From: Felis catus
Taxonomy: Eukaryota
Length of the DNA: 64,000 bases
NCBI RefSeq assembly: GCF_018350175.1
Contig: NC_058372.1
Span: forward strand, 42,098,001 to 42,162,000
Reading direction: 5' to 3'
In this document: piece by piece, positions 1 to 12,900 of the stretch
How positions within the stretch are numbered: position 1 is the first letter of the stretch
How the letters are laid out: each line of letters opens with the position of its first letter
Notes under the pieces: model-generated
Told to the model about the DNA's origin: nothing
The model's database searches: none
The model's input: the letters and a program-made list of their open reading frames with translations, nothing else
Program-made: the position numbers and the translations under genes

Positions 1-595
1 CCTACAAAGCTGGTTTTGTCTGGGCCAGGGAAAAAACAGCTCCCTCACTTCCCAGCCACCCCAAGTCACCCCGCCCTCCTGTCCCACTAGGTCCAGAATG
101 GTCTGGGAGTTTCTTGACCTCAGAATCCTCTTTGGGGAACCACACAGTCCCTACCCAGACAGCATAATCACTTCCAGCCTGCCCAGTAGGGGTGGGAGAC
201 ACTTGCTGTTTGCTTTCTCCCTCACCCGCCTACCCCCAGCCTTTCAGCAAGATTTCCAAAACCACCTCCGGATGTGTGGGTCACACTGTTTCCCAAGCCT
301 GCAGGGTCCCCCGAGTCTTCGGGGCTGAGAACCAAGGTCCTGTTGGCCATGCCTTTCAGTCCTGTGTCCCTGACCCTACTCTCCCTGTGGACATATCTGT
401 GCCCTTTTCCCTACCCTTGGACACTTCCCCTTCTACATAAACCCATAGGTGGACTTGTGCACATGGGCACAGATGCCTGTGCCCTGGGACAGTTGGAGAG
501 ACCGAACGTTGGGGAGGGAGGAGCTCTTAAGTTTGATCTGCGAAGGAGGGTGGAGTAGTGGGTCACTAGGCCCCTCTTTCCTCTCCTGTCCTCAG

Positions 596-2769
596 GTACA
601 AAGCCGTCTGGCTTATCTTCTTCATGCTGGGTCTGGGGACGCTGCTCCCGTGGAATTTTTTCATGACGGCCACTAGGGTGAGACTGGGGGGCCTGGGCTC
701 CAGGGGGACATGTCCACTGGGCATGTAGGGCATGGATCTGTTCTTGGGGGCCCCGGGAGAGAAGTCTCACCGCTTCTCTCTGCAACCCACACAGTATTTC
801 ACAAACCGCCTGGACGAGACCCAGAATATGTCCTTGGTCACTGCTGAAAACAGCAAGGACTTCCAGCCCTCAGCCACCCCCACTGTACCCTCCCCAGAGC
901 GGAATTATCTCAGCGCCCTCTTCAACAATGTCATGACCTTATGTGCCATGTTGCCCTTGCTGTTTTTCACCTGCCTTAACTCTTTCCTGCATCAGAGGTG
1001 AGTGTCCAGGCCCCTGGCCTGACCAGCCCCCTCCACCCCCTGCTGCCTCTTGTTCTCCCCGTGCTGAGCCCGCGGCCTCACCTCTTGTCCCTCTGCTGCC
1101 TCGGCCTAGGATCCCCCAGTCTGTTCGGATCCTGGGCAGCCTGATAGCCATCCTGTTGGTGTTCTTGATCACTGCTGTCCTGGTAAAGGTGCATCTGGAT
1201 GCCGTGTCCTTCTTCGTCATCACCATGATCAAGATCATGCTTATTAACTGTAAGCAGGGCTGGGAGCAGGCCTAAGGCAGAGATCTTCCTGGATCCCCCC
1301 CCCCGCCCTTCTTTCAGAAGCACAGTCAGCCAGGAAGGAGCCCATTCCTCCCGCTGGAGGAAATGGATGCCGTGGGTGGTCAATGATTCAAGAGGCCAGA
1401 GCTGACATGGACCAGGGCTGGGAGTAGGGGCACAGAGGGTCATTTGGTGTTAAGACTCACTGGGACCTGTGTTCCTACGGGGCCCCAGCCACCTCCAGCG
1501 GAAGCAAGTCCCACCTTGCTCTCCCCTCCCCTGCTGATGCCCACCTTGTGCCCCCAGCATTCGGTGCCATCCTGCAGGGCAGCCTGTTTGGTCTGGCTGG
1601 CCTCCTGCCCACCAGCTACACTGCCCCCATCATGAGTGGCCAGGGCCTGGCAGGCTTCTTCGCCTCGGTGGCCATGATCTGCGCCATCGCCAGTAAGTCT
1701 TCCTACTATCTGCCCGTTGGCCTAGTTGCTGGGGGAAAGGGACAGGGGTGGGGCTGGTCTTTGATTTCTGCACACCCTCCACCCAGGTGGCTCGGAGCTG
1801 TCAGAAAGTGCCTTTGGCTATTTTATCACGGCCTGTGGGGTTATCGTTTTGGCCATCATCTGTTACCTAGGCCTGCCCCGACTGGTAAGCGAATGGAGAA
1901 AGCCAGATTTGGGGTCTGGGGTGGGGGGTCCAGGGCTTCAGACCAATGGTGTTCTGAGACCCAGACCTGGGCGAGGCAGGAATTCTGGAGCTTCCACCAC
2001 TGAATCCACCTCCACTGTCTCCCTCTCTTGGTAGGAATTCTACCGCTACTACCAGCAGCTCAAGCTTGAAGGGCCTGGAGAGCAGGAGACCAAGTTGGAT
2101 CTCATTAGTAAAGGTCAGAATAGCCCACAGAAGCTGGGGTGGAGGGTGGCCTGCCCTGGAGGGAGCAGCATGGGCACAGAGGGCAAGAATGAGTATACTG
2201 TATTTGCTGGCAGTGACAAGCCAGAGGCCAGATGTCACCAGGGCTGGGATGAGGAAAACAACGGGAAATAAAAATTGGGAAAAATAAAGGGGGGGGGGGG
2301 GTAGATTCTGGATGACCTTGAATGTCTGAGAGCAATGGGAAGCGACTTCAGTTTCTTGTAACATGATCTGAGTCTCCTGGGAGAGGTCAGGACCGCTGGA
2401 CCCATGCTGTGGGATTTACAGGAGGTCTGGGCTAGGTGTTAGGGTGTGGCTGTGCACTGGTAAGGAGTGTCCACCCCCTTTTGTGTCATCTCCTGTTGTC
2501 CTGTCCTACCTATAATTTGATGCTTCCACAACCTGTCACCCCCTAGGAGAGGACCTAAAAGCAAACAAAGAGGAGTCCAGAGTTCCAGCCCCCAACTCTG
2601 AGTCCACCAACCAAGGCCACTCTATCCGAGCCATCCTCAGAAACGTATGTGGGGCAGGGGTGTTCTGCCCTCTGCCCTTTACCCTCATTCTCTTCTTTTG
2701 CCCCTCCCGACCTGCACACTGTCCATCCGCTCCCTTTCCCACCCGATACTGGCCACTCTCCTGGATTCT

Positions 2770-2813
<44 letters not shown>

Positions 2814-4373
2814 AGGGGGTGGGGATTCTGGGTTCTTTGAATGCACAACGCCATGAAGACACGGGCCTGGGTCCCTTTCCTCTAGATCTTAGTCCCGGCT
2901 CTCTCCGTCTGCTTCATCTTCACGGTCACCATTGGGATGTTTCCCGCTGTGACTGCTGAGGTCCAATCCAGCATTGCGGGCAACAGTGCCTGGGGTGAGG
3001 ACACCATGGGTTCCCAGGATGGGGACAGACAGGAGCTAGAGCAGGATTGGGGGTGAGGGAGTGGGGGATCCTAGGCTGTTGTCTCCCCAACTAGACTCTT
3101 CTTGGCCCATTTGCCCTTCCCTGGGCTGGAAGCATCTTCTCTGTTTTACAGCTGGGCAGCTGGGGAAACTGAGCCCCAGTGAGGCTAAATCTGTCTCTCT
3201 GGACCTAATAACCATCCCTGAATCTACTTTTCCTCTTCCAGGAGCCTACTTCATTCCTGTGTCTTGTTTCTTGACTTTCAATGTCTTCGACTGGCTGGGC
3301 CGGAGCCTCACAGCTATATTTACATGGGTAAGTGGTAGAAGGTGGCACCCAGCCCCTGTGAGAGGGAAGAGTCCAGCCTGAGATGCAGAAAGGGAACCAA
3401 GATAGTGTGGTGGTAAGAGGAGCATGCTTTTGTTTTTTTAAACCAAGACATTATGTATAGTAAGTTGTACAGGTCTTAAGCGTACAGCTTAATGAATACA
3501 CACACACGTAAACATGCATGCATCTCTGAATAATCACCACCCAGGTCAAATATAGAACATTGCCAGCACTCCAGAAGGCTCAGCCATGCTCCCTCCCAAT
3601 CACTATGTCCTAAGGGTAACCAGATTCAATCCAGATCCTAAGGGGCCCCCAGTGGAGGCTGTGGGCCAGCCCCGGCTGAGGTACCACCTGCTCCTCCGCA
3701 GCCTGGGAAGGACAGCCACTGGCTGCCAAGCCTGGTGCTGGCCCGGATATTGTTTGTGCCCCTGCTGCTGCTGTGCAATGTCCAGCCCCGCCGGTACCTG
3801 GCTGTGGTCTTCGAGCACGACGCCTGGTTCATCATCTTCATGGCTGCCTTCGCCTTCTCCAATGGCTACCTCGCCAGTCTCTGCATGTGCTTCGGGCCCA
3901 AGTGAGTGGGGACCTTGGTGGCATCAGGCAGGGTCTAGAGCTGCAGCAGTGGATGCTCAGTGAAGGGAGAGAGGGCAACAGGAGACTCCCTGATCCTGGA
4001 GGGGCATGTAAGGCATGTAGGTGAAGGGGTAGTGGTGGGTGGTGGGCGGTGGGACACCCGGGGTACCTAGGTGGAGACGTGGGTAGGTGGGAGACAGACC
4101 CCAGTACACATTCCCCCAAGAGGGAAAAGCCAGATTGGGGGCGGGAAAGTAAGATGCTTGGCAGCAGAATTCTGTGCTCAGGCAAGTCTCCCCACCCCAG
4201 AGGCTCTGGGTGGGGCTGGGGTAGGGGCCATTCTAAGGAAGCCTTGCCCTCCCGCCTTTAGGAAAGTGAAGCCGGCTGAGGCAGAGACAGCTGGAGCCAT
4301 CATGGCCTTCTTTCTGTCTCTGGGCTTGGCACTGGGGGCTGTCTTCTCCTTCCTGTTCCGGTCAATTGTGTGA
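596..4373 (+). CDS. SLC29A1: Equilibrative nucleoside transporter 1 (ENT1), 5'-partial: the first ~10 codons lie upstream of the window
   Basis: 11 GT-AG coding exons: 596-677, 795-997, 1110-1249, 1558-1692, 1787-1884, 2035-2113, 2547-2644, 2886-2994, 3242-3327, 3702-3901, 4262-4373 (TGA). Spliced frame is open: YKAVWLIFFMLGLGTLLPWNFFMTAT...FGAILQGSLFGLAG...AFAFSNGYLASLCMCFGPKKVKPAEAETAGAIMAFFLSLGLALGAVFSFLFRSIV*, matching ENT1. Confidence 0.98.
2773..2812. repeat. (TG)n microsatellite in SLC29A1 intron
   Basis: Pure TG run of about 20 units. Confidence 0.95.
3440..3620 (-). mobile_element. Old L1 (L1M-type) 3'-end fragment in SLC29A1 intron
   Basis: Motifs tcttaagcgtacagctt...accacccaggtcaaatatagaacattgccagcactccagaagg resemble antisense L1M 3' UTR fragments; subfamily not determinable. 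Confidence 0.55.
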
Positions 4374-4692
4374 CCACGGATGGATAGAAGGACTGCAGTG
4401 GCCACCTGCTCCTGCCCCCTTTCTTCTCCTTCAGGGACGGGCAGGAGTTTGGAGGTTTTCTCTTCTAGCTAGCCAGCTTCTTCTTTCTCACGGCCTGTTC
4501 TGGGCCCAGGTGTCCAGGCCCTGAGGAGGGAACCTCTGTGGATGGACAGTGGGGACATTGTGAGCCTGAGGGTCAGAATCAAGGGAAGGGATACAGTCTC
4601 TACAGTCTCTGCATCTGCTCAAGGGCTGCCCCCCCCCCCCCTTGGTTCTGACTGATCCTTGCTTGAGCAGGGGAAGCAGAGACTCCTGGGCT

Positions 4693-4695
<3 letters not shown>

Positions 4696-4736
<41 letters not shown>
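4696..4736. repeat. (TG)n microsatellite in SLC29A1 3' UTR
   Basis: TG run between the stop codon (4373) and AATAAA (4963). Confidence 0.95.
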
Positions 4737-4737
<1 letters not shown>

Positions 4738-4962
4738 CATCTGCCTATACCAGGGGTGGCTAGGGGGCAGGACTGTCTGTTCTAAAGTCCAGTCTGACAT
4801 TTCCATCCCCCTTCTCCCTATGTGCCTCCTCCCCTCACATCTCTGTGTCCCTCCCCTCCTCCCCTGCCTTGTTGTTACCCATCATGCACCTTGTACAGTT
4901 GCCATTTTATGCCTTTTTTTATATTCAACAGAAACCAGGTGCCTTCAGAGGCTCTCTGATAA

Positions 4963-4968
4963 AATAAA
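4963..4968 (+). terminator. SLC29A1: SLC29A1 polyadenylation signal AATAAA
   Basis: AATAAA ~590 nt after the stop codon, followed by a T-rich tract. Confidence 0.75.
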
Positions 4969-6073
4969 ACTTTTTTTTTTTTCTCCATGGCTCCCTGTGT
5001 CCTCCAGCCACAGCTTCATGCCCTAGAGAGGGCAGCAGGATGGCAGCCCGAATCTGGGGGATGAGCATGACCCAGCTGAGCCTTGCCAGCGCTGGGCTGG
5101 GCGTGGGTCCAAAGGTGGGGGGGAAGCAGTTGGTCCTCTTAGCCTCAGAGAGGCTGCAGTGCCCCCTGGCGGGGCCACGGAGAAGGGACAAGTCTGGAGC
5201 TGGGATGTCCAGGCTGCCGGCTGAGACTGAGAAAGGCCATTTATCTTTGCTGCTCAGTTCCTTCTTTCATAGGACTGGGGACAGAGCCAGTGCTTCACCT
5301 TTTTTTTTTTTTTTTGGTCTTCACTGCCACCTTTTCCACCTGTCCTCACCACCCAGCCTCAGGAATGAACCTGCAAAACTGGTCAGCACTCCTCCCTTGA
5401 CTAACATCCCCTCCCCTGGCTGCCCTCCCACACCTCCAGGCAAGAAGAGGCTGCAGCCCAAGTGTTCTCTACCTGGCACTCTGCCCTGACATCAAAGCTA
5501 AGTCTTCTGGGGAACAAGGGGCCTATGTGTCCTTGCATTAAAACTGGGCCCTCCCCTTTTCTTAAACTCACCTAGGGGTGGGATGGTATGGGACTCACTC
5601 CGTGGAGGGAGCCATACCACTGGGTCCCCCTTCTTAAAAATTACTCTTCTGGACTGGAAGTGGGGCCAGAGCTCTGGCTACTGTGGACACACACACACAC
5701 ACACACACACCTACCGACCCTGGCTATAGCCCAGACTGTTCACTAATCCCTGACCAGCAGATAGTTACAAATTGGCACCTCTGTCAGGGCTTCTGTTTCT
5801 CAGTTTAATTTAATTGAAGGCTTCAGGCCTCATTAAGGGCTCTTAGCACATTTTTAAGACTATTTGATGAGCTTTGAAGTTCTAATAGGAGTGTTAAGTA
5901 TTTCATTACATGGAGAGCTAGAGTCCATGTGTTCCAGGGGTACATGCCAAACCAGTATTCCTTTCCTATCCGATTCAAAAGCAGGGGTTCCCTGAGTATT
6001 CTCCCATCTTTGCAATGCCCTTTGGCAAAGAGGCTGAAATAAATCTGCACTCTTCCTCTTTTCTCCCTCAGTT

Positions 6074-6237
6074 CTTTTTTTTTTTTTTTTTTAATTCAAG
6101 AGGGAGAAAAAGAATCCCAAGCAGGCTTCACGCTCAGCATAGAGCCTGATGTGGGACTCGATCCCATGACCCGGGATCATGACCTGAGCCAAAATCAAGA
6201 ATTGGATACTCAACCGAGTGAGCCACCAAGGCACCCC
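6074..6237 (-). mobile_element. CanSINE (tRNA-derived carnivore SINE)
   Basis: poly-T followed by aatcccaagcaggct...gatcatgacctgagcc...gagccaccaaggcacccc, the reverse complement of the CanSINE head. Confidence 0.85.
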
Positions 6238-8291
6238 ATCTCTCAGTCCTTCTTGACCGCCCCATTGTACCCCAGACTGAGAGGCCTATTGCGCTCCTTC
6301 CCTGGCACCAACAGCCCCTCAAGAACCCTGCGTTTTTTCCCTGGGTCTCTTCACTACCTTCTGTCTGCTCTCTCCGGACTCCAGCCCAGGTGTCCTTCAG
6401 ACCATCCCATGCATGGCCACAGAATGATCCCAAGCCAGACTTGATGTTACGTTAGTCTCTCTCCCTGGAACATGCTGAGCATCTCCTGGTCCTCCACCGC
6501 CACCAGCAGTGACAGCCAGTTCATGCAGTTCCTTCCCCTTCTGTACCTCAGAGCTTTGGGAACTTTTGTGACTTGACTTCTGTCATGCTCTTACCTTACT
6601 TACTCCAGCTGCTAGACAGAATTCGTGTTTTTCACTTGATCTTAGCCAAAAGGCTGAGAAGCGATCGAATTCATGTTTTTCAAGTTAGGGTCACATTCTA
6701 TTTATGTTTTCACTCTTCAAGCTACAAGTGCTTTCCTTGGCTCCCAGAGGTCCTCAAAAGCTGTTTCCTAAAAAAAAAAAAAAAAAAAAAAAGCTGTTTC
6801 CTTCACTGCATCTGCTTGTCCCTTGCCACACAGTCTTCACACGCCTGTCTTCAGCTGTGCGGTGGCACTCACTTCATTGCCTGTGCTCATGGGATAGAGA
6901 TGGGCGTGAAGTGGTTTTCTCTCAACCCCGTCCATGATTTGAAGGAGGAAAAAAACGTTCAGATCATCTCACTTTTCCTTCCTTCTGTACTCAGATTGAT
7001 GTTGAAGCAAATCACTAGAGTATTTTTTTCAAAAAATGTTTTCTAATGCAAACGCCAGGAATTTGCAGTCTCACTTGTTTCCGTTCTCCTGACCTCACCT
7101 GAAGACTGGAGAGGTGAGGGTTAGAAAATACAACTCCCAGGTCTCTCGCCTAGCCCTCTGCAGTGATGGCTCCTGACCGCAGTACGCGCTCTGAAGGCAC
7201 CACCGCCTCGTGAGGCAGGCCTCTGCTATGAGACTTCACCACTTTCCCTCTAGCACTTGCTTCCTGTGAGATGGGGAAGGGCTGACCATGAGAATCGGCC
7301 AGGTGTCCCTGGCTCTCCCAGGACTTGCTCATTACCATCTTCCTTCCATCTGCCCTTTCTGCCTCAAGCGTCAGTCTGTATTTAGCTGCTGGCCACCCTG
7401 GGGTAGCTGCCACTGCAAAATCGGAATTCCCCTTTTGTTTAACCTGTGATGAATTGGGGCTCTAAACTCTGGAAAAGCGAAGAGCCCCAGTAAAATCGGC
7501 GGCGATCCTTAAAAAATAGAAGTCAAGCCTCTGGTATAGCTGACAAACTAGAATATATCTGTGTATCTATTCTTTGAGGTTAATCTGGAAAGAGCGTGGT
7601 GAGGGAGTATCATGGGCGAGGGGTTGAAGGGAAAATTCCAGCTATTGGGAAGACCAATAATCAGAATGTTAAACGACGCTTATGATTCAGAATGGATACG
7701 AGCAGAGAAATGCAGAATCACTTCGAAGAGCCCTGTTCTCTGGGCAGCAGGCCCTGCCTGAAACCTGAGTCTTGACATGCAGGAAGAGTGTCAGCCTGAG
7801 GGAAGCCAGCCAGCCATTGTGGTCCCACAGGGAGGCCAGGCTGGCAGTGAGGCCCATCTGGTTTCTAGGGCAAGTTGGCAGTGAGTGTAGAGATGGACAC
7901 CTCACGTGAACACAACCCACGTCCCCCCTCTCCAACTCATAATGGTAGGTGTCCTAGCTGGGCTCCTCTAGCTAATCTCCGAATGACCAGGCTTCCTGCG
8001 CTGGTCCCCTCTGAGAGAGGAGGTGCTCGCCCAGAGCTCTCCACAGCCTTGGCAGTCGTGGTGCTCCGTCAATGAGCCGGTTGGCATTCTGGCCCCAGAC
8101 TGCAGGGCAAATGCGAGATGAGTCACTAGGACCCCACAAAGGGCGGGGGGGGGGGGCTTTCAGTGGGGTTGGTTCCGATTCAGAGCCTAGAATTCTTGGG
8201 CCTGCCAAAGAGGGCCTGCCTGTCCTGTGTGACCCAGGACAAATCACTCATCCCCCGGGGCCCAGATCTTTGTTCCTAAGACGGGGTGACC

Positions 8292-8341
<50 letters not shown>

Positions 8342-9632
8342 GACTCGCTAAGGTGATTTAGGGAGTCTGTGAGAGAACCTGGATGCAAGATATGAGGACC
8401 CTGGAGACACGTGGTGAGACACGCGGCACCAAGAAACATTAGGACGAGCCTCAGCATGGTGCGCTCCCCGCCCCCATCTAAGCGGCTCGCTGTTCCTCGC
8501 CTCACCTTCAGCCCCCGGAGCCTTGTGAGCCGAACCTCATTTTCCCCCACACTAGGTATTCCCAGGGAGAAACGCCCCATGGGCCCCCGCCTAGCAAGGC
8601 CCAAGAACTGCTGGGCCGGGGCGGGACCGGGACCGGACGCAGGGGGCGGAACGCAGGAGCGGGAGTCAGCTCAGCCCCGCCCAGGGGCGGGGGAGGGGGG
8701 CGCGGTGATGTCACCCGTTCCGCGTGCTGCCTGGACCTGCGGCCCTTCACACATGCACCGTGGCGGGTGGGAGACCAGATTGGTCATCTTGAGGCCAGCT
8801 CCACTGACCGGTAAGCCCGGGTGACCTTGAGTCAGGCATTTTTCTTTGCGAAGCTGCTCGTCTGTGAAGCAAAGGTAGTCACACTTGGCATTGCCTCTCT
8901 CTGGGCCATTAAACTCGGAGATCGTAACAACTCTTGCTTTCACCCACTACTCCGCTCACGTCTGAGATGTGTAGTCACCTAACCATCTCCCAATAACCCC
9001 GTGTTCTGCCTACTGCTGTGCCCATTGTAGTCCAGAAACGCTGGAATGGTTTCCGAAGCTGAAATGGTTAAAGGGTGGAAAAATATTTTGTAAACCGCCA
9101 AAGCACTGGGTATACGCAAATCTCTGTCTCTGTCCACGTGTCAGATATGCAGACAGAATGGAGAGACGGAAGAATTTCCAGACATTGAAGGAGGTGACAT
9201 GCCAGGCCTCCAGTGACAGTGTGGCACTAAAATGCAGGCCTGGTATACCTTTCTCCCCTGCCTTCAAAAAAATTTTCCAGACAGTTCTCTTTTCACATCG
9301 CCAAGGATCCCAAGCCTCCTAGGATCTGGAACTCCCATGTAACCCTCCCCAGGTGAAAGCAGCAAAGGCCTGGTGTCTCATCTCAGTCTCTCCTGTTTAT
9401 GAGTTCTTCATCACCCAGTCGCACTACCACAGCCCTGCCAATCCCTTACCTGGTGCAGGCACCAGGCCCAGAAATCCAGTCAGGTGAGAACTGCCTCTTG
9501 GAGAGTGCCTTGTGCCTGGGGCAGGACAGGTGGCAGCCAGAACAGTTAAGTAGGTCAGGGTTGTTTGTGGTGGACCCCGCCCCCTCACCTTCCCCGGCCT
9601 GAAATCTACTCTTGATTCAGGGTTAAGTTTTA

Positions 9633-9873
9633 CCTTTTTATTTTTTTTAATGTTTATTTATTTTGAGAGAGAGAGACAATGTGTGTGTGTGCGCGCGCGC
9701 TTGAGCAGCAGGCGGGGGAGGGGAAGGCCAGGAGTGGCAGAGAGAGAGAGAGAGAGAGAAGCAGAGAATCCCAAGCAGGCTCTGCACTGTCAGCATGGAG
9801 CTGGACGAGGAGCTCGATCTTACAAACTGAGATGATTAACCGATGCTTAACCGACTGAGCCACCGAGGCACCC
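9633..9873 (-). mobile_element. CanSINE
   Basis: tttatttattttgagagagaga...(GA)n...cttaaccgactgagccaccgaggcacccc. Confidence 0.88.
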
Positions 9874-10439
9874 CAAGTTTTACCCTCTTATTCAAAGGGA
9901 CCTGGGAACACTGAACAACACCCAAGACAAAAAGGGACACCTGGTGGGCATCAGGAGGACTACAGACAATTTGGGGTTAACAAAGATAGGCAGGACTCAG
10001 TCACACCCCTCAGGTCACCAATACTAGGCCCTCAGAGAGGCAAGACACACGCATATGTGTATTAATAGAGTAGGTTACCAAAAATGCCCTATTTACTATT
10101 TCAGACTGGCTTAGATCATAACTTCTGGCCTTTTTCACCACACTCCCCTGAGAAATTTTGTTCTTGCCCATGACTTCAACCATCAATCAGCCTCTGTCTC
10201 CTGGACATTCTCTCATTGGTGCCCCATACTATGCCTAAAACAGATTCTTGACCCCCTTCTATCCAGAGTGGTCTTCCTCCTGTGACTTCAGCCCCCATAT
10301 TCCATCATTCTACCTCGGAAAATGCGAACACCTTGCCTTTTCCCTACCCTTGTATGATCTCCCCACTTTTGACTTCTGCCTTCTCCAAACTATGTCCTGG
10401 GGAGTCTCCAAGTGTTTTTGTTTGTTTGTTTGCTTTGAG

Positions 10440-12739
10440 CAGCACAATTAACTGGCTTGACTTAATAGATTTAACATATTTAGACTTTTAAAAAAAAATT
10501 TTTTTTAACGTTTATTTTTGGGACAGAGAGAGACAGAGCATGAACGGGGGAGGGGCAGAGAGAGAGGGAGACACAGAATCAGAAGCAGGCTCCAGGCTCT
10601 GAGCCATCAGCCCAGAGCCCGACGCGGGGCTCGAACTCACGGACCGCGAGATCGTGACCTGGCTGAAGTCGGACGCTTAACCGACTGAGCCACCCAGGCG
10701 CCCCTAACATATTTAGACTTTTATCCAACAACTAGATAACATATATTTTTTTCAAGCATACATGGGACTTTTACACATATTAACCACATTTCAAAAGAAA
10801 TCTCAAATACAAAAGAGTATGTTAAATGCTTTTAAGCTGATCAATGAAGATACCATAAGGGGAGTCAGAAAATGCTTAAAACTGAATTATAATAAAAATA
10901 CTATATACGGAAACATGGGATATAGCTAAAATGGTACTTGAAGATAAATCTGTAGCCTTAAATTCTTATGTCAAAAAAGGGGAAAGTCTATAATTTAATG
11001 TGCTAAATATTAAAGCTAATACAAAAAGAACAAAACCAAACCAAAGAAAGAAATAATAAAAATTGAGTGGAAATTTAAGAAAGAAAGTAAAGAAACTGAA
11101 GAAGCAGAAAACAAATATATGAACATTAATATAAATAAAATAGACAAACCTGTAGTGAAACTCATCATGAGAAAAAAGGGATAAGACATGAGAAACAATT
11201 TTAGGGATAAAAAAGAAGACCTACTTTAGATAGAATAGAGATTGAAAAGATCATCAAAGAAAAGAGTATGCCATAATAAAGCTTTCAAGAAACATCCAGA
11301 AAAATTGACTCAAAGAGAGGTAGAAAACCTGAATAGTCCTATATCATTTAAGTTGAGGGGTGCCACTGGCTTAGTCAATGTAGCATATGACTCTTGATCT
11401 CGGGGTCGTGAGTTCCAGCCCCACATTGGGTGCAGGGATTACATCAAAATGAAATCTTAGAGAAACAATAATAAAGTAAAATCTTTAAAAAAAAAAAAGT
11501 TGAGTCCTTAGTTAAAATGGTTCCATACAGGGGCACCAGGGTGGCTTAGTTGGTTAAGTGTCTGACTTCAGCTCAGGTCATGATCTTGTGGTTTGTGAGT
11601 TCCAGCCCCACATCGGACTTTGTGCTGACACCTCAGATTCTGTGTCTCCCTCTCTCTCTGCCCCACCCCTGCTCTTACTCTGTTTCTCTCTCTCTCAAAA
11701 ATAAACATTAAAAAAATAGTTTGTCCATTACAAAAAAAAAAAAAATGTTTCCATACAGAAAACAATAGACTCAGGCTATTTTATAGGTGAGTTCATCAAA
11801 ATTTTAAATAAATAGACTAATTCTGTTTAATATTACTGAGTCTGTTAATTAATTAAACATGTAAACACAGGGAATTTTTAATTTTTTTAAAAATGTTTAA
11901 GTGTTTATTTATTTTGAGAGAGAGCAAGGGAATGCAAGCAAGGGGAAGGGCAGAGAAGGAGAAGAGAGAATCCCAAGCAGTCTCCATACTGTCAGCACAG
12001 AGCCCGAGCGGGGCTCAGTCCCAGAAACCCGTGAGATCGTGACCTGAGCCCATATCAAGAGTCAGACGCTTAACCGACTGAGCCACCCAGGCACCACCCC
12101 ATAGGGAATTTTTTTTAAGTTTATTTATTTATTTTGAGAGAGAGAGCAGGGGAGAGTCAGAGAGAGATTGGAACCCCAAGCAGAATCCACACTGCCGGCG
12201 TGTGTGCTCAGGGTGGGTCTTGAACCCACGAACTGCAAGACCATGAGCTAAGATCAAGAATCAGACACCCAACCAACCGAGCCACCCAGGCACCCCGTGC
12301 AAAGGGAATTTTTTAAAACAATAGTCTCAATAGATGCAGGAAAATAATTCAGATACTTGTTCCAATTAAAAGTTGTAACAACTTAGGAATAGAAAGAGTA
12401 TTGTGCTCAATGGTGAAACATTAAAAGCATTCCTTTCCTGATCAGAAATGAGATAGGGATGTCCAGAATCACTGTTTCCACTCATCATTGTCTTGCAGGT
12501 TTTAGCTGGTGCAGTATAACAAGAAATAAGAGATACAAGGATTAGAAAGGGAGATTCCAAACTGTCATTGTTCTCAGATGATAGATAGGGTTGTACTTAA
12601 AAAACAAAAAACAGGGGCGCCTGGGTGGCTCAGTCGGTTAACATTCTGGCTCTTGGTTTCTGCTCAGGTCATGATCTCACGGGTCGTGAGTTCAAGCCCC
12701 ATGTCGGGTTCTGTGCTGACAGTGCAGAGCCTGCTTGGT

Positions 12740-12781
<42 letters not shown>

Positions 12782-12900
12782 CCCCCTCTCAAAATGAATA
12801 AATAAAAAAAAAAAAAAACCCAGACAAATTAAGAATTAATAAGGTAGTTTACCAAGTTGTAGGACCAATAAACAAAAGTCAATTGCTTTTCAAACTCTTC
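10440..12900 (+). mobile_element. Decayed L1 ORF2 fragment (endonuclease to RT region) interrupted by several CanSINEs
   Basis: A-rich, with L1 ORF2-like motifs (ttttcaagcatacatggga; gaaaacctgaatagtcctata; tcaatagatgcaggaaaa; ggtgaaacattaaaagcattcct; aaactgtcattgttctcagatgat). No intact ORF. Nested SINEs at ~10491-10704, 11357-11500, 11530-11720, 11890-12095, 12110-12296 and 12613-12820. Confidence 0.8.
10491..10704 (-). mobile_element. Young feline SINEC_Fc-type CanSINE with 19-bp target-site duplication
   Basis: TSD TAACATATTTAGACTTTTA at 10472-10490 and 10705-10723. Body nearly identical to the copies at 37544-37772 and 63830-64000. Confidence 0.93.

Noticed and set aside
1-595. Possible MYMX or SLC29A1 start exon
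   Set aside because: No myomixer-like ORF or MTTSHQPQD-like exon is visible; both should lie upstream of the window.
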